Assembly: GCA_964406665.1 (NCBI GenBank)
Contig: CAYOSQ010000002.1
Coordinates: 118,219-182,218, forward strand
DNA from: an uncultured Planctomycetia bacterium
GTDB lineage: Bacteria > Omnitrophota > Gorgyraeia > VGKH01 > JBHPFN01
Direction of reading: 5' to 3'
DNA length: 64,000 nt
The position numbers and the translations under genes are program-made. Within the stretch, counting starts at the first letter, position 1. Every line of letters starts with the position of its first letter. The notes under the pieces were generated by a model. That model saw nothing but the letters and a program-made list of their open reading frames with translations. It had not been told where the DNA came from and searched no databases. Shown piece after piece: positions 50,405-60,248 of the stretch.

Positions 50405-51496
50405 TTATTTTTTAATGCAGCTTATAATATAGTCTTGTTCTTTTTTGGTTAAATACGGATGCATAGGTAAGGCAAGAATATCTTGAGCCATCATTTCAGA
50501 AATTGGAAAATCACCCTTTTTATAATTCAAATATTTGAAGGCAATTTGAAGATGAAGTGGCTTAGGATAATAAATACCGGTTGGAATATTTGCTTTTTTT
50601 AGACGGCTTATAAGTTTTGAACGGTTATTAACCCTGATGCAATATTGTGCAAATACAGATTTATTATGCCCTAGAATTATTGGTGTTTTGACAATATTGC
50701 TAAGTGCAGCGTTGTAGCGCTGAGCCACCTTCTGCCTTAATTTAAGCTCCTGATTAAAATAAGAAAATTTAGCAAGTAAAACTGCAGCCTGCATAGAGTC
50801 TAGCCTAGAATTGGTTCCTACTAAAATGTTGTCGTATTTATTTTTCCCTTGTCCGTGCACCCTAAGCGAAAAAAGTTCTTTGGCAATTTTTGAGCTATTG
50901 GTGAATATCATTCCACCGTCCCCATAGCATCCTAATGGTTTAGCCGGAAAAAACGATGTGCATCCAATATCTGCCAAAGAGCCAGCACGTCTTTTTTTAT
51001 ATGTTGCGCCAAAGGATTGCGCAGCATCTTCAGCAACAAAAAGCTTATGTTTCCTTGCAATTTTATTAATCGTATCATAATCAGCACATTGACCAAAAAG
51101 ATCAACAGCAATTATGCCTTTTGTTCTTTTGTTTATTTTTGATTCTATTTTTTCTGGATCAATATTGAATGTATCTTCTTTTGTATCTATGAAAACAGGC
51201 TTTGCTCCCAGCAAGGCAATTGCTTCAGCGGTTGCGACAAAAGTAAATGGAGTTGTAATTATCTCATCTTTAGGTTTTATTTTTAGTGTCCTAAGAGCCA
51301 AAATGAGTGCATCAGTTCCAGAGGCACAGCTTATTGCGTATTTAGTGCCAACAAATTCAGTCAGTTTTTTCTCAAGTTTGCCAACTTTAGAACTCAGTAC
51401 ATAAGTTGACGTATCTAGAACATCATGAAGTTCTCTATCGATTGAGATTTTGTACTTTTTATACTGTCTTTGAAGGTCTATAAAATTAATTTTCAT
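50405..51496 (-). CDS. DegT/DnrJ sugar aminotransferase (WbpE-like)
   Basis: SGTDAL, FTFVAT, EDAAQS, SFFPAKPLGCYGDGG, NSRLD. Confidence 0.92.
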   Translation of the reverse strand: MKINFIDLQRQYKKYKISIDRELHDVLDTSTYVLSSKVGKLEKKLTEFVGTKYAISCASGTDALILALRTLKIKPKDEIITTPFTFVATAEAIALLGAKPVFIDTKEDTFNIDPEKIESKINKRTKGIIAVDLFGQCADYDTINKIARKHKLFVAEDAAQSFGATYKKRRAGSLADIGCTSFFPAKPLGCYGDGGMIFTNSSKIAKELFSLRVHGQGKNKYDNILVGTNSRLDSMQAAVLLAKFSYFNQELKLRQKVAQRYNAALSNIVKTPIILGHNKSVFAQYCIRVNNRSKLISRLKKANIPTGIYYPKPLHLQIAFKYLNYKKGDFPISEMMAQDILALPMHPYLTKKEQDYIISCIKK

Positions 51497-51549
51497 TTTG
51501 TCTTAAATTATTTAATTGGCTATTTATTGACTGACATTCTATCATTTTC

Positions 51550-52338
51550 TTAGGTTTTTTCAGCAAAAATTACCGCGAACTTGGTGGCTAACTCTTCATC
51601 TCTATATCTTTCAAAATCATTGTGAATTTTGTTTTTGGACTTAAATTTTAGAAAGTCGTTCATTGCTACATCCCGATCAAGAATTCTTGATTTAAATCCA
51701 GCTTCTTCTAGAATGTTTAAATGATCAATAACCCTAAGTCTAGAAAGTCCCGTGCCTATTCTTCCCCATGTTTTTTTGTTAAACTTATAAAAATGAAACG
51801 GGTATTTAAAAAAATGATCTCGGTAATCAATTCTATGAATCATGCAAGCCCCGGAATTCATAACTTCCTTTAATTGATGGCATAATTCTGAAAAATTTTC
51901 TACATATTCTAGGACACCATTTGATAAAATTATATCTATTTTTTGTAGTTTTAGCGTTTTTAGGTCGGTTATCCTTTTTACTTTATTTAGAATAGATGCA
52001 TATTCAGGAGTTTTTTTAATAATGCTATCATCAAACTTTTTGTTAAATTTAACATAGGGTTCGAATGCATAGCATTCTTTTGCACCTAAATAGGCAAGTT
52101 TATAACAAGTACTACTTGTAACACCGACTCCTAGCTCTAGAATAGTCTTATCTTTTATGTCGCGACCAATTGATTTTATGAATTTTAGGTACCTATCAAT
52201 TATGGTATCGGGTGAAAATTGTGCTGAGGTGATAGTATAGCCGGGAATAAAATTTCCATATTTTACTAAAAATTGATAAGAAAACAAATATTTTCTTACC
52301 AGTCTCAAAAAAATATATTCAATATCGTTCAATAACAT
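51550..52338 (-). CDS. Class I SAM-dependent methyltransferase
   Basis: ILELGVG, DIILSNGVLEYV, IDYRDH. Confidence 0.75.
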   Translation of the reverse strand: MLLNDIEYIFLRLVRKYLFSYQFLVKYGNFIPGYTITSAQFSPDTIIDRYLKFIKSIGRDIKDKTILELGVGVTSSTCYKLAYLGAKECYAFEPYVKFNKKFDDSIIKKTPEYASILNKVKRITDLKTLKLQKIDIILSNGVLEYVENFSELCHQLKEVMNSGACMIHRIDYRDHFFKYPFHFYKFNKKTWGRIGTGLSRLRVIDHLNILEEAGFKSRILDRDVAMNDFLKFKSKNKIHNDFERYRDEELATKFAVIFAEKT

Positions 52339-52357
52339 CTTTCTCTAATAAAAAAGT

Positions 52358-53746
52358 TTAAAATGGTAACAAAATCAAAGCTTGGTTCCTTAATGCATGT
52401 TCAACACCAATGGGTACTGACCACATTGCACAAAAAAGCAGAATTGAAACTATTATAAATCCACCCAATTTAGTTTTAAAGTGTTTATTAATAAAATCTC
52501 CAATGTTGTGAAGCACAACAGCTGATAAAATTGCAATAGCCGGATATGCAGGAAGCATATAGCGATTCTCTCTCGTATTAAAAATAAAAGATAATAAACA
52601 AAAATATGTCAATATCCAAATAATCAAAAAAGACTTTTTTTCATCAATAAAGCCTTTTATAAATGGTCCAAGTAAAATTACAAAATAACTTAAAAGAAAC
52701 ACAGGTACTAAATATGGAATTGCTATAAGATATAAATAAGCTGGTCTTTGTGAAATAGTCATAAACCAACCCTCTTGCTCCATTGCGCTGTGTTCTGGCT
52801 TAGGGCCAAAAAGAGGATCCCCATAAATATTGTAAACTGAAGCGAACCAATGAAGCGTAATAACGAAAATTCCCAATAAAATCAAAAAATTATTTTTATT
52901 GAGAATTCTTTTGAAAAATTGGCTCAAATTTAAAGAAACTTTTTTTTCGTAAAACAGCGAAAAAATTAAAATAGCAATTACTATAAATCCACCAGTTTGC
53001 TTCACTAGAATAGAACATCCAATAATTAAACCAGTAGCGAAGTAAACAAAGCTATTTAGTTTTTTTCTAGATATAAAATATGTCAAAACAGACAAAGTAA
53101 CTAAAAAAGAAAGCATTGTATCCGCCCAAATTTTTTGTGAAGATAGAATATCAATAGGAGAAATGGCAATTAAAAAAGCTGAAATAAGGGCAATCTTTTT
53201 AGTGTAAAATTCCTTTGCGAGTAAAAAAGTAGTAAAAATGAATAACAAGCTGAACAAAAAAGGTATGAACGCAGCATAAAGCTGCAAATACCAAATTGTT
53301 TGCGCATTAAAAGTTTTTGCATGAGTTTGATTGTTGTAGTATGTAGTTTTTAATGTAAAAAATGGATTATTTCTTGAAAAAATCCTATGAGACAGCATTA
53401 AGCTGTAAGGAAAGAAATAAGGTCTGTGAAATAAAGGTTGGTCGTAATAATGCACTCCTGCTGATTCAAGATTTTTTAGCATGCTCCCTTTTTGCGTTTC
53501 TGAAAGGAAAAAGCCTAGAATTTGGTTATTGAATTTTTCGTCAACATTTCTTAATGAATATCCACTGAATCCCAATTGGTCAAGCTTCATAGCAAGCGAT
53601 AGATAAAAGACTTGATCGCCGTTATCGTGAGGCAATGTAAATGTAGAAAATCTAATGGAGGCTGCGAAAATCAGAATAAGCAAAATAATCGTTGTAGTTG
53701 ATAACAAGCCTTTTTTCATCCTATCCAACCTTTTCCTTTTCTTCAT
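52358..53746 (-). CDS. GT-C fold (ArnT/PMT, GT39-like) membrane glycosyltransferase
   Basis: Multi-TM, GDQVFY, FHRP, WAD, LVKQTG, RYMLPAYP. Confidence 0.78.
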   Translation of the reverse strand: MKKRKRLDRMKKGLLSTTTIILLILIFAASIRFSTFTLPHDNGDQVFYLSLAMKLDQLGFSGYSLRNVDEKFNNQILGFFLSETQKGSMLKNLESAGVHYYDQPLFHRPYFFPYSLMLSHRIFSRNNPFFTLKTTYYNNQTHAKTFNAQTIWYLQLYAAFIPFLFSLLFIFTTFLLAKEFYTKKIALISAFLIAISPIDILSSQKIWADTMLSFLVTLSVLTYFISRKKLNSFVYFATGLIIGCSILVKQTGGFIVIAILIFSLFYEKKVSLNLSQFFKRILNKNNFLILLGIFVITLHWFASVYNIYGDPLFGPKPEHSAMEQEGWFMTISQRPAYLYLIAIPYLVPVFLLSYFVILLGPFIKGFIDEKKSFLIIWILTYFCLLSFIFNTRENRYMLPAYPAIAILSAVVLHNIGDFINKHFKTKLGGFIIVSILLFCAMWSVPIGVEHALRNQALILLPF

Positions 53747-54716
53747 TTTTTAAAAGAAATTCTTTGAGTTCAAAAAGACCACCAAAGCTTGCCATAAAGA
53801 GTGTTATGGAGAAAATAATTAAAGATGTAGCAAGTGCATAAGAAGGCGCGATTTCATATCTTCCTAATAAAACTACAAAAGCACCCTCCCTTACCCCTAA
53901 TCCAGATATGGACACTGGAAGCATCTGGACAAAAACAACCGCAGCTCTAATCCAAACAATTGGTAGTATGGATATTTTAATACCTAGTGACTGTATTATA
54001 AGATAAATAGAGGTAATTCCAAATAAGTGAAACAATAAAGACAGAAACAAAGTAAAATTCAAAGTACACAATGGTAACGAGTGAAACCTCCTAATTGAAC
54101 TCCAAAGATTATCCGATTTTTGTTTCAAAAAGCTTAACAAGTTTAATGAAAATAATTTTGCTGATAAATTCTCTAAGAAATTTGAAATAGGCTCATTTAT
54201 TATGCTTAAGTAAGTCAGAGTTGAAATAAGTAATCCTGTTAATAAGCATAAACCAATTGCTAGAGAACCCAACGGAAGTTCAATCCAGAAAAAAATTATT
54301 CCTAAAACAGCAAGACATAAAACGTTAATGATCCTAGATAATGCGATGCTGATAAATGTTTGAGACCGCATATTATTATCTCTTGAAAGCTTATGCCATT
54401 TCACTAAGCCTCCGGAAAGCTCACTTGGCAAAAATAAACTGTAAAATTGAACAACAAAATTTATTTTTACTAGCTCAAGAATTGTAAAATTAATATTTTG
54501 ATGTTTTAAAAGTAGTCTTAGCTGAATCGCGCTAAAAAAACGCATAGAAAACTGTAGTAATAGAGCTACTGAAACATATGCTATTTTTGCCTGAGATAAA
54601 GCTGAGAAAACTTCACTTATGGGAATTTTTTTAAACAGATAAATAAGTATACCAATGGCAATTGAAATCTTAATAAGGAAAACTAATGTGTTTTTTGTTT
54701 TGTTTTTTTTGCTCAT
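53721..54716 (-). CDS. Lysylphosphatidylglycerol-synthase-TM / flippase-like membrane protein
   Basis: FLPSELSG, LPVSISGLGVREG; start re-assigned to MSKK. Confidence 0.82.
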   Translation of the reverse strand: MSKKNKTKNTLVFLIKISIAIGILIYLFKKIPISEVFSALSQAKIAYVSVALLLQFSMRFFSAIQLRLLLKHQNINFTILELVKINFVVQFYSLFLPSELSGGLVKWHKLSRDNNMRSQTFISIALSRIINVLCLAVLGIIFFWIELPLGSLAIGLCLLTGLLISTLTYLSIINEPISNFLENLSAKLFSLNLLSFLKQKSDNLWSSIRRFHSLPLCTLNFTLFLSLLFHLFGITSIYLIIQSLGIKISILPIVWIRAAVVFVQMLPVSISGLGVREGAFVVLLGRYEIAPSYALATSLIIFSITLFMASFGGLFELKEFLLKNEEKEKVG

Positions 54717-54735
54717 GGATTTTTTTATAATATTT

Positions 54736-56166
54736 CTACCACTTAACTCGTTCAAACTTACCAAATATTCTTTTTAACACATAAGGACTAATTTTGATAA
54801 AATTCCAAATTGTTCCATCTTTTATCATTAAAATCAATAAACGGGCAATGTGAGCTGGTCTCAGATAAAATCTTTTATATGCTAAGTTGGTCAAGCGTAA
54901 AACTTCCTCTTTTGGCAATTCTTTACTTTCGCAAAAATTTTCTCTTTCACTTTCTCCTGTAAGAAAATCCATTTTCCGGGGTGTGAAGTAGCCCTCTTTT
55001 ACTGCCAAATCATATAATTCAGTTCCGCGAATAATAGAAACAGGATTAAAGCTAGCCCAATCAGCAATTTCCAGAGTAAGTTTCATAGTTTTTTCAATGG
55101 TTTCTTTGGTTTCTCTAGGATAACCAATCATGATAAAAGCATGTGTTTGCATACCTATTTTCCTACAAATTGCAAAAGTCTCTCTAATTTTTTCAATCGT
55201 TATCCCTTTTTTCATAAAGTTCAAGATTTCTTGATCTCCACACTCCACGCCGAAATCAATTTTATAGCAACCTGCTTTTTTTAGAATTTCTATCATTTCT
55301 TCGTCCACAGTATCAACGCGAGTAAAAATCGTCCAGCGAATCTTCAAGTTCTTCTCTATTATTAAATTGCAAAATTCTAAAACATCTCTTTTCCTAGATG
55401 TAAATGTATCATCTCTAAACCATATTTCTTTAATCTTAAATTTTTCAATGCAATTTTCTAACTCTTCAAAAATCCTTTTACCGCTATTGAATGTAGCATG
55501 AGAACCCCAGACAGCCTGCGTGCAAAAAGCACATTTAAAAGGACAACCACGAGAAACAGTCATGTATGTCCAAGGTTTTAATGCAAGATAGGGCCCGTAT
55601 AGATTATTTTCAAGAAAATGCCTGTCAGGAAAAGGAATAACATCTAAATCCTTTATTCTCGGCCTTTCAGAATTTTTGATAATCTTCCCATCAACTTTTA
55701 CGATTGTTCCAGCAATTTTAGTAGGAATTTTTTTATTCACCCTATATTGATTAACAACTTCTAATAAGGTAGCCTCCCCCTCTCCAATTACACCAATTTG
55801 AAATACATCAAGATTCATAATTTCTTCTGGGTCTACGGACATATGTGGACCACCGATTATCCTAAGTTTTTCAGGAAATAATTCCTTGCACAACACTCCA
55901 ATTTCAATTGCCCCAGGAATAGTTTCAGTCATAGTTGTTATACAAATTATATCAGGATTGAATTTTATGATTCTTTCTTTAGTTTGTTCAAGGCTAAGAT
56001 TTAATGCTTGAGAATCCAGAATTTGAATTAAATCACTTTTTTCATCATTTTTTAATACAGTTGCTAGATAAACTAATCCTAGGGGCGGATAAGAATTAAC
56101 AGCTAAAGGATATCTGCCTGTACCTTTCGAATGCCTTGAATGATGTTTGATAAAGAGTATATTCAT
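54736..56166 (-). CDS. B12-binding radical SAM protein
   Basis: PPLGL, GGPH, GEGE, RGCPFKCAFC, DDTF, GVECG; start re-assigned to MNILF. Confidence 0.92.
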   Translation of the reverse strand: MNILFIKHHSRHSKGTGRYPLAVNSYPPLGLVYLATVLKNDEKSDLIQILDSQALNLSLEQTKERIIKFNPDIICITTMTETIPGAIEIGVLCKELFPEKLRIIGGPHMSVDPEEIMNLDVFQIGVIGEGEATLLEVVNQYRVNKKIPTKIAGTIVKVDGKIIKNSERPRIKDLDVIPFPDRHFLENNLYGPYLALKPWTYMTVSRGCPFKCAFCTQAVWGSHATFNSGKRIFEELENCIEKFKIKEIWFRDDTFTSRKRDVLEFCNLIIEKNLKIRWTIFTRVDTVDEEMIEILKKAGCYKIDFGVECGDQEILNFMKKGITIEKIRETFAICRKIGMQTHAFIMIGYPRETKETIEKTMKLTLEIADWASFNPVSIIRGTELYDLAVKEGYFTPRKMDFLTGESERENFCESKELPKEEVLRLTNLAYKRFYLRPAHIARLLILMIKDGTIWNFIKISPYVLKRIFGKFERVKW

Positions 56167-56170
56167 ATGT

Positions 56171-57094
56171 TTAATGACTACACCTTTCATTTAGCAATTT
56201 AGTATTGAGTAAATTTGAATGCCCTCCCAAAGCCTCTACTAAAAAAGACCCAAAAGCATTACCAGTGGCAACAGATTTGACTAGATCTTTTTTTTCTAAA
56301 TAAGTTGCTAAAAAGGCAGCAGCAAATCCGTCACCAGAACCAGTTTTATCAACAAAAATGTTGCAAGGATAGGCAGGAAATCTTAAGATCACTTTTCTTC
56401 CCACTATTTTACAGCCTTTATCGCTAAGCGTAGTGATAATGTAATCTATGTTAAAATCAACTAAGATTTTTTTTACTGTTTTTCCAAGTTTTTTTTCTAG
56501 TATTGTGCATTCTAGTTTATTTAAAAAGAGCATATCTGTAATTTTTAAAATTTCCATTAATTCAGTCTTCTTATATGAGCTCATTTCATGTCCTGGGCCA
56601 AATGCTTTTAACGCATTAGGAAAATATTTCATAAATTGCAAATTTAAAGCTGGGCTTCCCGAAGTAGCAAAAACAATCTTGGCATCAACTTTCTTAATAT
56701 GATTAGCTAAAAAACGTTTAATTTCTTCGAGTTTTTCAAACCATAAGCCCGGATAAAAATTGATGATACTTGACCTACGATTTAGAGAAATCAACGCTTT
56801 TGGTAAAGTTGAAGATTTTATTTTTAAAATAGCCGAATCATTAATTCCATTTTTTTTAAGATGATCTTTCAAGCCAGAAGAAACATAGTCAAAACCTACT
56901 GCGCTAACCATCAAAGTGTTTTTTGTAAATAGTCTTGAAGCTGCAATAAAATTGAGCCCTCTCCCGCCAAACAAAATATTGCAATCTTTAATCCTTGAAA
57001 GACTATTCTTTCTTCTATTTTTGTCTGTCTTGCAGAAATTGTCAATTACGCATTCACCAAAACATGCTATATCAAATATTCTTTTTTTGCTCAT
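56171..57094 (-). CDS. PfkB-family carbohydrate/nucleoside kinase
   Basis: FGGRGLN, VGFD, LNKLE, DKTGSGDGF. Confidence 0.88.
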   Translation of the reverse strand: MSKKRIFDIACFGECVIDNFCKTDKNRRKNSLSRIKDCNILFGGRGLNFIAASRLFTKNTLMVSAVGFDYVSSGLKDHLKKNGINDSAILKIKSSTLPKALISLNRRSSIINFYPGLWFEKLEEIKRFLANHIKKVDAKIVFATSGSPALNLQFMKYFPNALKAFGPGHEMSSYKKTELMEILKITDMLFLNKLECTILEKKLGKTVKKILVDFNIDYIITTLSDKGCKIVGRKVILRFPAYPCNIFVDKTGSGDGFAAAFLATYLEKKDLVKSVATGNAFGSFLVEALGGHSNLLNTKLLNERCSH

Positions 57095-57111
57095 TTTGTA
57101 AACAATTAAAA

Positions 57112-58266
57112 CTAGAAAGCACCCATTTTATTCAATTTGATAATTTCATTTGTTAAGCTGATCCATAAATCCTTAACCTGAGTTTTTTTAATAGCAGAGG
57201 TGCCAATTTTAGAAAAATACTCCATAGCTTTACTTGTATAAATTTTTTCTTTATCTTTATCGATCGCCAAATAAAGCATTAAACTAACCATCCTAAAATA
57301 AACAATTGGTTGAAAATTCCAAAAAAGTTTTAAAAAATTATACTTTTTCAATAAAATGTAACTAATTTTTAACTTTTTATAAAAAAAACAGATTTTGTCA
57401 AAAAAAGGTAAATACGAATTACTCCAAGTCTCATAATACAATATTCCCTCAGCCTCATTTTCTTTGTCCATCGCAAATAAAAAAGTATCTATTAAGTGCT
57501 GTCTTGTTCTTAACCAATATTCGTAGGTTTGTTCAATTGCAATTTTGTCCGTATGTTCAAAAGTAAATTTGTATGCAGCGTTGAGATCACCTAGGAAGTT
57601 TTCTTTGTTAACCACAAATGCACGCAGCTTCCCATTCATTAATTTTATTCTCTCACTTATAAATGAACTATAGCAGTGATTATAAATCGTAATAATATCT
57701 GCACAGGTAAACATCGTTTTTGCAGCTGCGTAACTCAACGATAATAAAGCATCTCTGGAAGATGAATATAAATCATCCGGCGAGCACTTACTGATATTGA
57801 GCATTGTTCTGTTAAAAAAAATTGCTTCAATAGCACCCTTGTCTAAATCTTTTTGACTTACCTTAGGTAAAGTGTTAAGTAGGTTCTTTCCATAAATGAC
57901 CTTAGCAGTTTGGCAAAGATCAAATGAATGCGTATCTTTTGGATAAAGCTTTACTTTTAAAAGAGACTTTATTTTTAAATCAATATTTACTTTTAATCTA
58001 TTCCCGATCTGATTAATTTCGTTAATTAGATTATTTGGAACTTTTCGAAGTGTTTTAGAAATCAGCAATATATCTAGATCCGAGAGAATGTCTACGTCTC
58101 CATTTTTCTCTTTCCAGATACCTTCTCCTCTAGAAAAACTCCCGACTAGCATTATAGAACGAATATTATTGCCAATGTGTTTTTCCGCGGCTTTAGCAGT
58201 CAAATCTATAGCTTCATCGATACGCTGTTGAGCTTCAGGATTATCCTTCCAAAACATTTTCATCAT
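57112..58266 (-). CDS. Pol-beta-like nucleotidyltransferase domain protein
   Basis: LVGSFSRGEG...SDLDILLI, followed by a helical C-terminal region. Confidence 0.75.
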   Translation of the reverse strand: MMKMFWKDNPEAQQRIDEAIDLTAKAAEKHIGNNIRSIMLVGSFSRGEGIWKEKNGDVDILSDLDILLISKTLRKVPNNLINEINQIGNRLKVNIDLKIKSLLKVKLYPKDTHSFDLCQTAKVIYGKNLLNTLPKVSQKDLDKGAIEAIFFNRTMLNISKCSPDDLYSSSRDALLSLSYAAAKTMFTCADIITIYNHCYSSFISERIKLMNGKLRAFVVNKENFLGDLNAAYKFTFEHTDKIAIEQTYEYWLRTRQHLIDTFLFAMDKENEAEGILYYETWSNSYLPFFDKICFFYKKLKISYILLKKYNFLKLFWNFQPIVYFRMVSLMLYLAIDKDKEKIYTSKAMEYFSKIGTSAIKKTQVKDLWISLTNEIIKLNKMGAF

Positions 58267-58270
58267 AATT

Positions 58271-59506
58271 TTAATTGCTGATAATCAAACTTTCTCCATC
58301 CATCTCTGAATAATTAACTGATAACAGATTCAAAATTGTTGGCGTTACATCTTGCATTTTACATCTACTTTTTGAAAACTTCAGTTCTTTCTTGCTCCAA
58401 ATAAGCAATGGGGTAACTGAGGAATCATCAAAATAGCCGTGCATACCTTTAACTTTCGAAGAATGATAGAAGTCCGGAGAAAAATTTATACCTTTATTAG
58501 CCCAAAATATTAATTCTCCGTATTTGTCATTAACTGGTAATCTTTTTTGCCGCAGTTCATCCTTGGAAACCTCTCTGCCATATTTACCCAAAGACCTTAG
58601 TAAAGACCTTACTTCTTTTCGAGCCTCTTCTTTTTCAAACCAAAATCTAGCCATGGGGGAACTCAAAAAAACGAGATAGTCTTTAGCTAGCTTTGCATCT
58701 AATTGCTGCAATTCTTGCCATAAGTCAACATTATCCACAACCTCAACCATATTATGATCACCCATTACAACTAAAAACTCTAATTTAGATTCAACTAATT
58801 CATATATATATTTGATCGATTTATCGATCGAACCAATAACCTCTTTAACCTCAGGTGAATTAGGGCCATATTTGTGTCCAAAGCAATCAGTTTCTCCGTA
58901 ATGAAGAACAATAACTTGATCATCTCTAAGAGCGCACCTGGACATCTTTTTATTTATATGTTCTGCTGTGCCATAGATAGATTCTACCTTAAAGCCATTT
59001 TTTTTCAAAATACCCATAAGGTTGTCTGAAGCTCCAAGCTTCTCTGTTTTTTTTCTTTTTTGAACCGACTCACTTATAGAAAAATAAGGCAATAAAGATA
59101 TAGGGATTTTGGCGAAATCTATCCAAATTCCTGTAAATGCGAAATAGATACCAGTTAAAATCGAAATATCTTTCTGCTCTACCCAAGTCCTGTGTTTGAG
59201 ATAATATAGAAACCTCCAGAGTGGCTTTAAGTTTATTGAATTCTTATGCCGAAATAAATTCTTTGGCAGAGGAAAAATCTTAAGAAGCCGAAAAGGTAAA
59301 ATAGGCTGTCCAAAACAAAAATCAGTAAAAGTGTCTGTTGTTTGGGGTGATCTACCGCTTAATAATTCTATTCGCGTAGCAAAACTAGGAGTGATTTCCA
59401 TGGACAAATATTTTGATTTTTGTTTTACGCTAAAGAGAAAAGGCATAGACCTTTCATTTATATAATCTTCATTGCAGCCATCGATAATAATCAAAATACT
59501 TAACAT
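58271..59506 (-). CDS. Alkaline phosphatase superfamily (NPP-like) protein
   Basis: IIIDG, D.FGHKYGP, GDHNM, GMHGY. Confidence 0.82.
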   Translation of the reverse strand: MLSILIIIDGCNEDYINERSMPFLFSVKQKSKYLSMEITPSFATRIELLSGRSPQTTDTFTDFCFGQPILPFRLLKIFPLPKNLFRHKNSINLKPLWRFLYYLKHRTWVEQKDISILTGIYFAFTGIWIDFAKIPISLLPYFSISESVQKRKKTEKLGASDNLMGILKKNGFKVESIYGTAEHINKKMSRCALRDDQVIVLHYGETDCFGHKYGPNSPEVKEVIGSIDKSIKYIYELVESKLEFLVVMGDHNMVEVVDNVDLWQELQQLDAKLAKDYLVFLSSPMARFWFEKEEARKEVRSLLRSLGKYGREVSKDELRQKRLPVNDKYGELIFWANKGINFSPDFYHSSKVKGMHGYFDDSSVTPLLIWSKKELKFSKSRCKMQDVTPTILNLLSVNYSEMDGESLIISN

Positions 59507-59532
59507 GATACTACTTTATCACCTCTTGAAAT

Positions 59533-60246
59533 CTATTTATATGCAATGCAGCGTAGATGTTTTGCAAAAAAAAGTAAAGAATTCTTAATGCGTTCAGACA
59601 AAGAAACCTTATTAGAATATTTTATTTTAGGAAACAGCTTAATACGAAAGTTGTGCTGTTTTAATAAGCGCCATAGTTTAATGGGGTTTAGTACATTAAT
59701 ATGATATGGATCTTCTCTTGACATCCATTTAATCCTTATACCTACCATGTTTAATAGCCTGACTCCAAAAAGCATTATTATGTTCCATGAATTAGGTGTA
59801 GTGAGCACTAAATAGCCACCCCTTTTTAAGACTCTCCAAATTTCTTGTAGACAAGCTCCGCCATCATCACTATCTAAGTGCTCAATTACTTCCATTAATA
59901 ATACTTTATCGAAGCTTTCGCTAGCAAAAGGTAATCTAGTGGCCTCTGCTCTAATGACGTATTTATTTCCACCTTGGCTTGCAATCTGGACAGCTTCCTG
60001 AGAATAATCCATGCCTATGGCATGCGCACCATTATTATTGCAGATTTTTACTATTTCCCCTCTCCCGCAGCCGATATCTAGGATTCTATCATCTTTTTTT
60101 GGAGCTAACATATTCGGAACAAATTCATATCCACTAAATACTCCTTCTTTAAGAAAATCGTCTGGGGTCCGGCAAAATTCTGAATAATATTTTTTGTCAT
60201 AAAGTTGTGAGGCGTAAGTTTTCTTATTTCGTTTTTTAATTTTCAT
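59533..60246 (-). CDS. Class I SAM-dependent methyltransferase
   Basis: ILDIGCGRG, LPFASESFD, EVIEHL, RVLKRGG, TPN. Confidence 0.9.
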   Translation of the reverse strand: MKIKKRNKKTYASQLYDKKYYSEFCRTPDDFLKEGVFSGYEFVPNMLAPKKDDRILDIGCGRGEIVKICNNNGAHAIGMDYSQEAVQIASQGGNKYVIRAEATRLPFASESFDKVLLMEVIEHLDSDDGGACLQEIWRVLKRGGYLVLTTPNSWNIIMLFGVRLLNMVGIRIKWMSREDPYHINVLNPIKLWRLLKQHNFRIKLFPKIKYSNKVSLSERIKNSLLFFAKHLRCIAYK

Positions 60247-60248
60247 TT

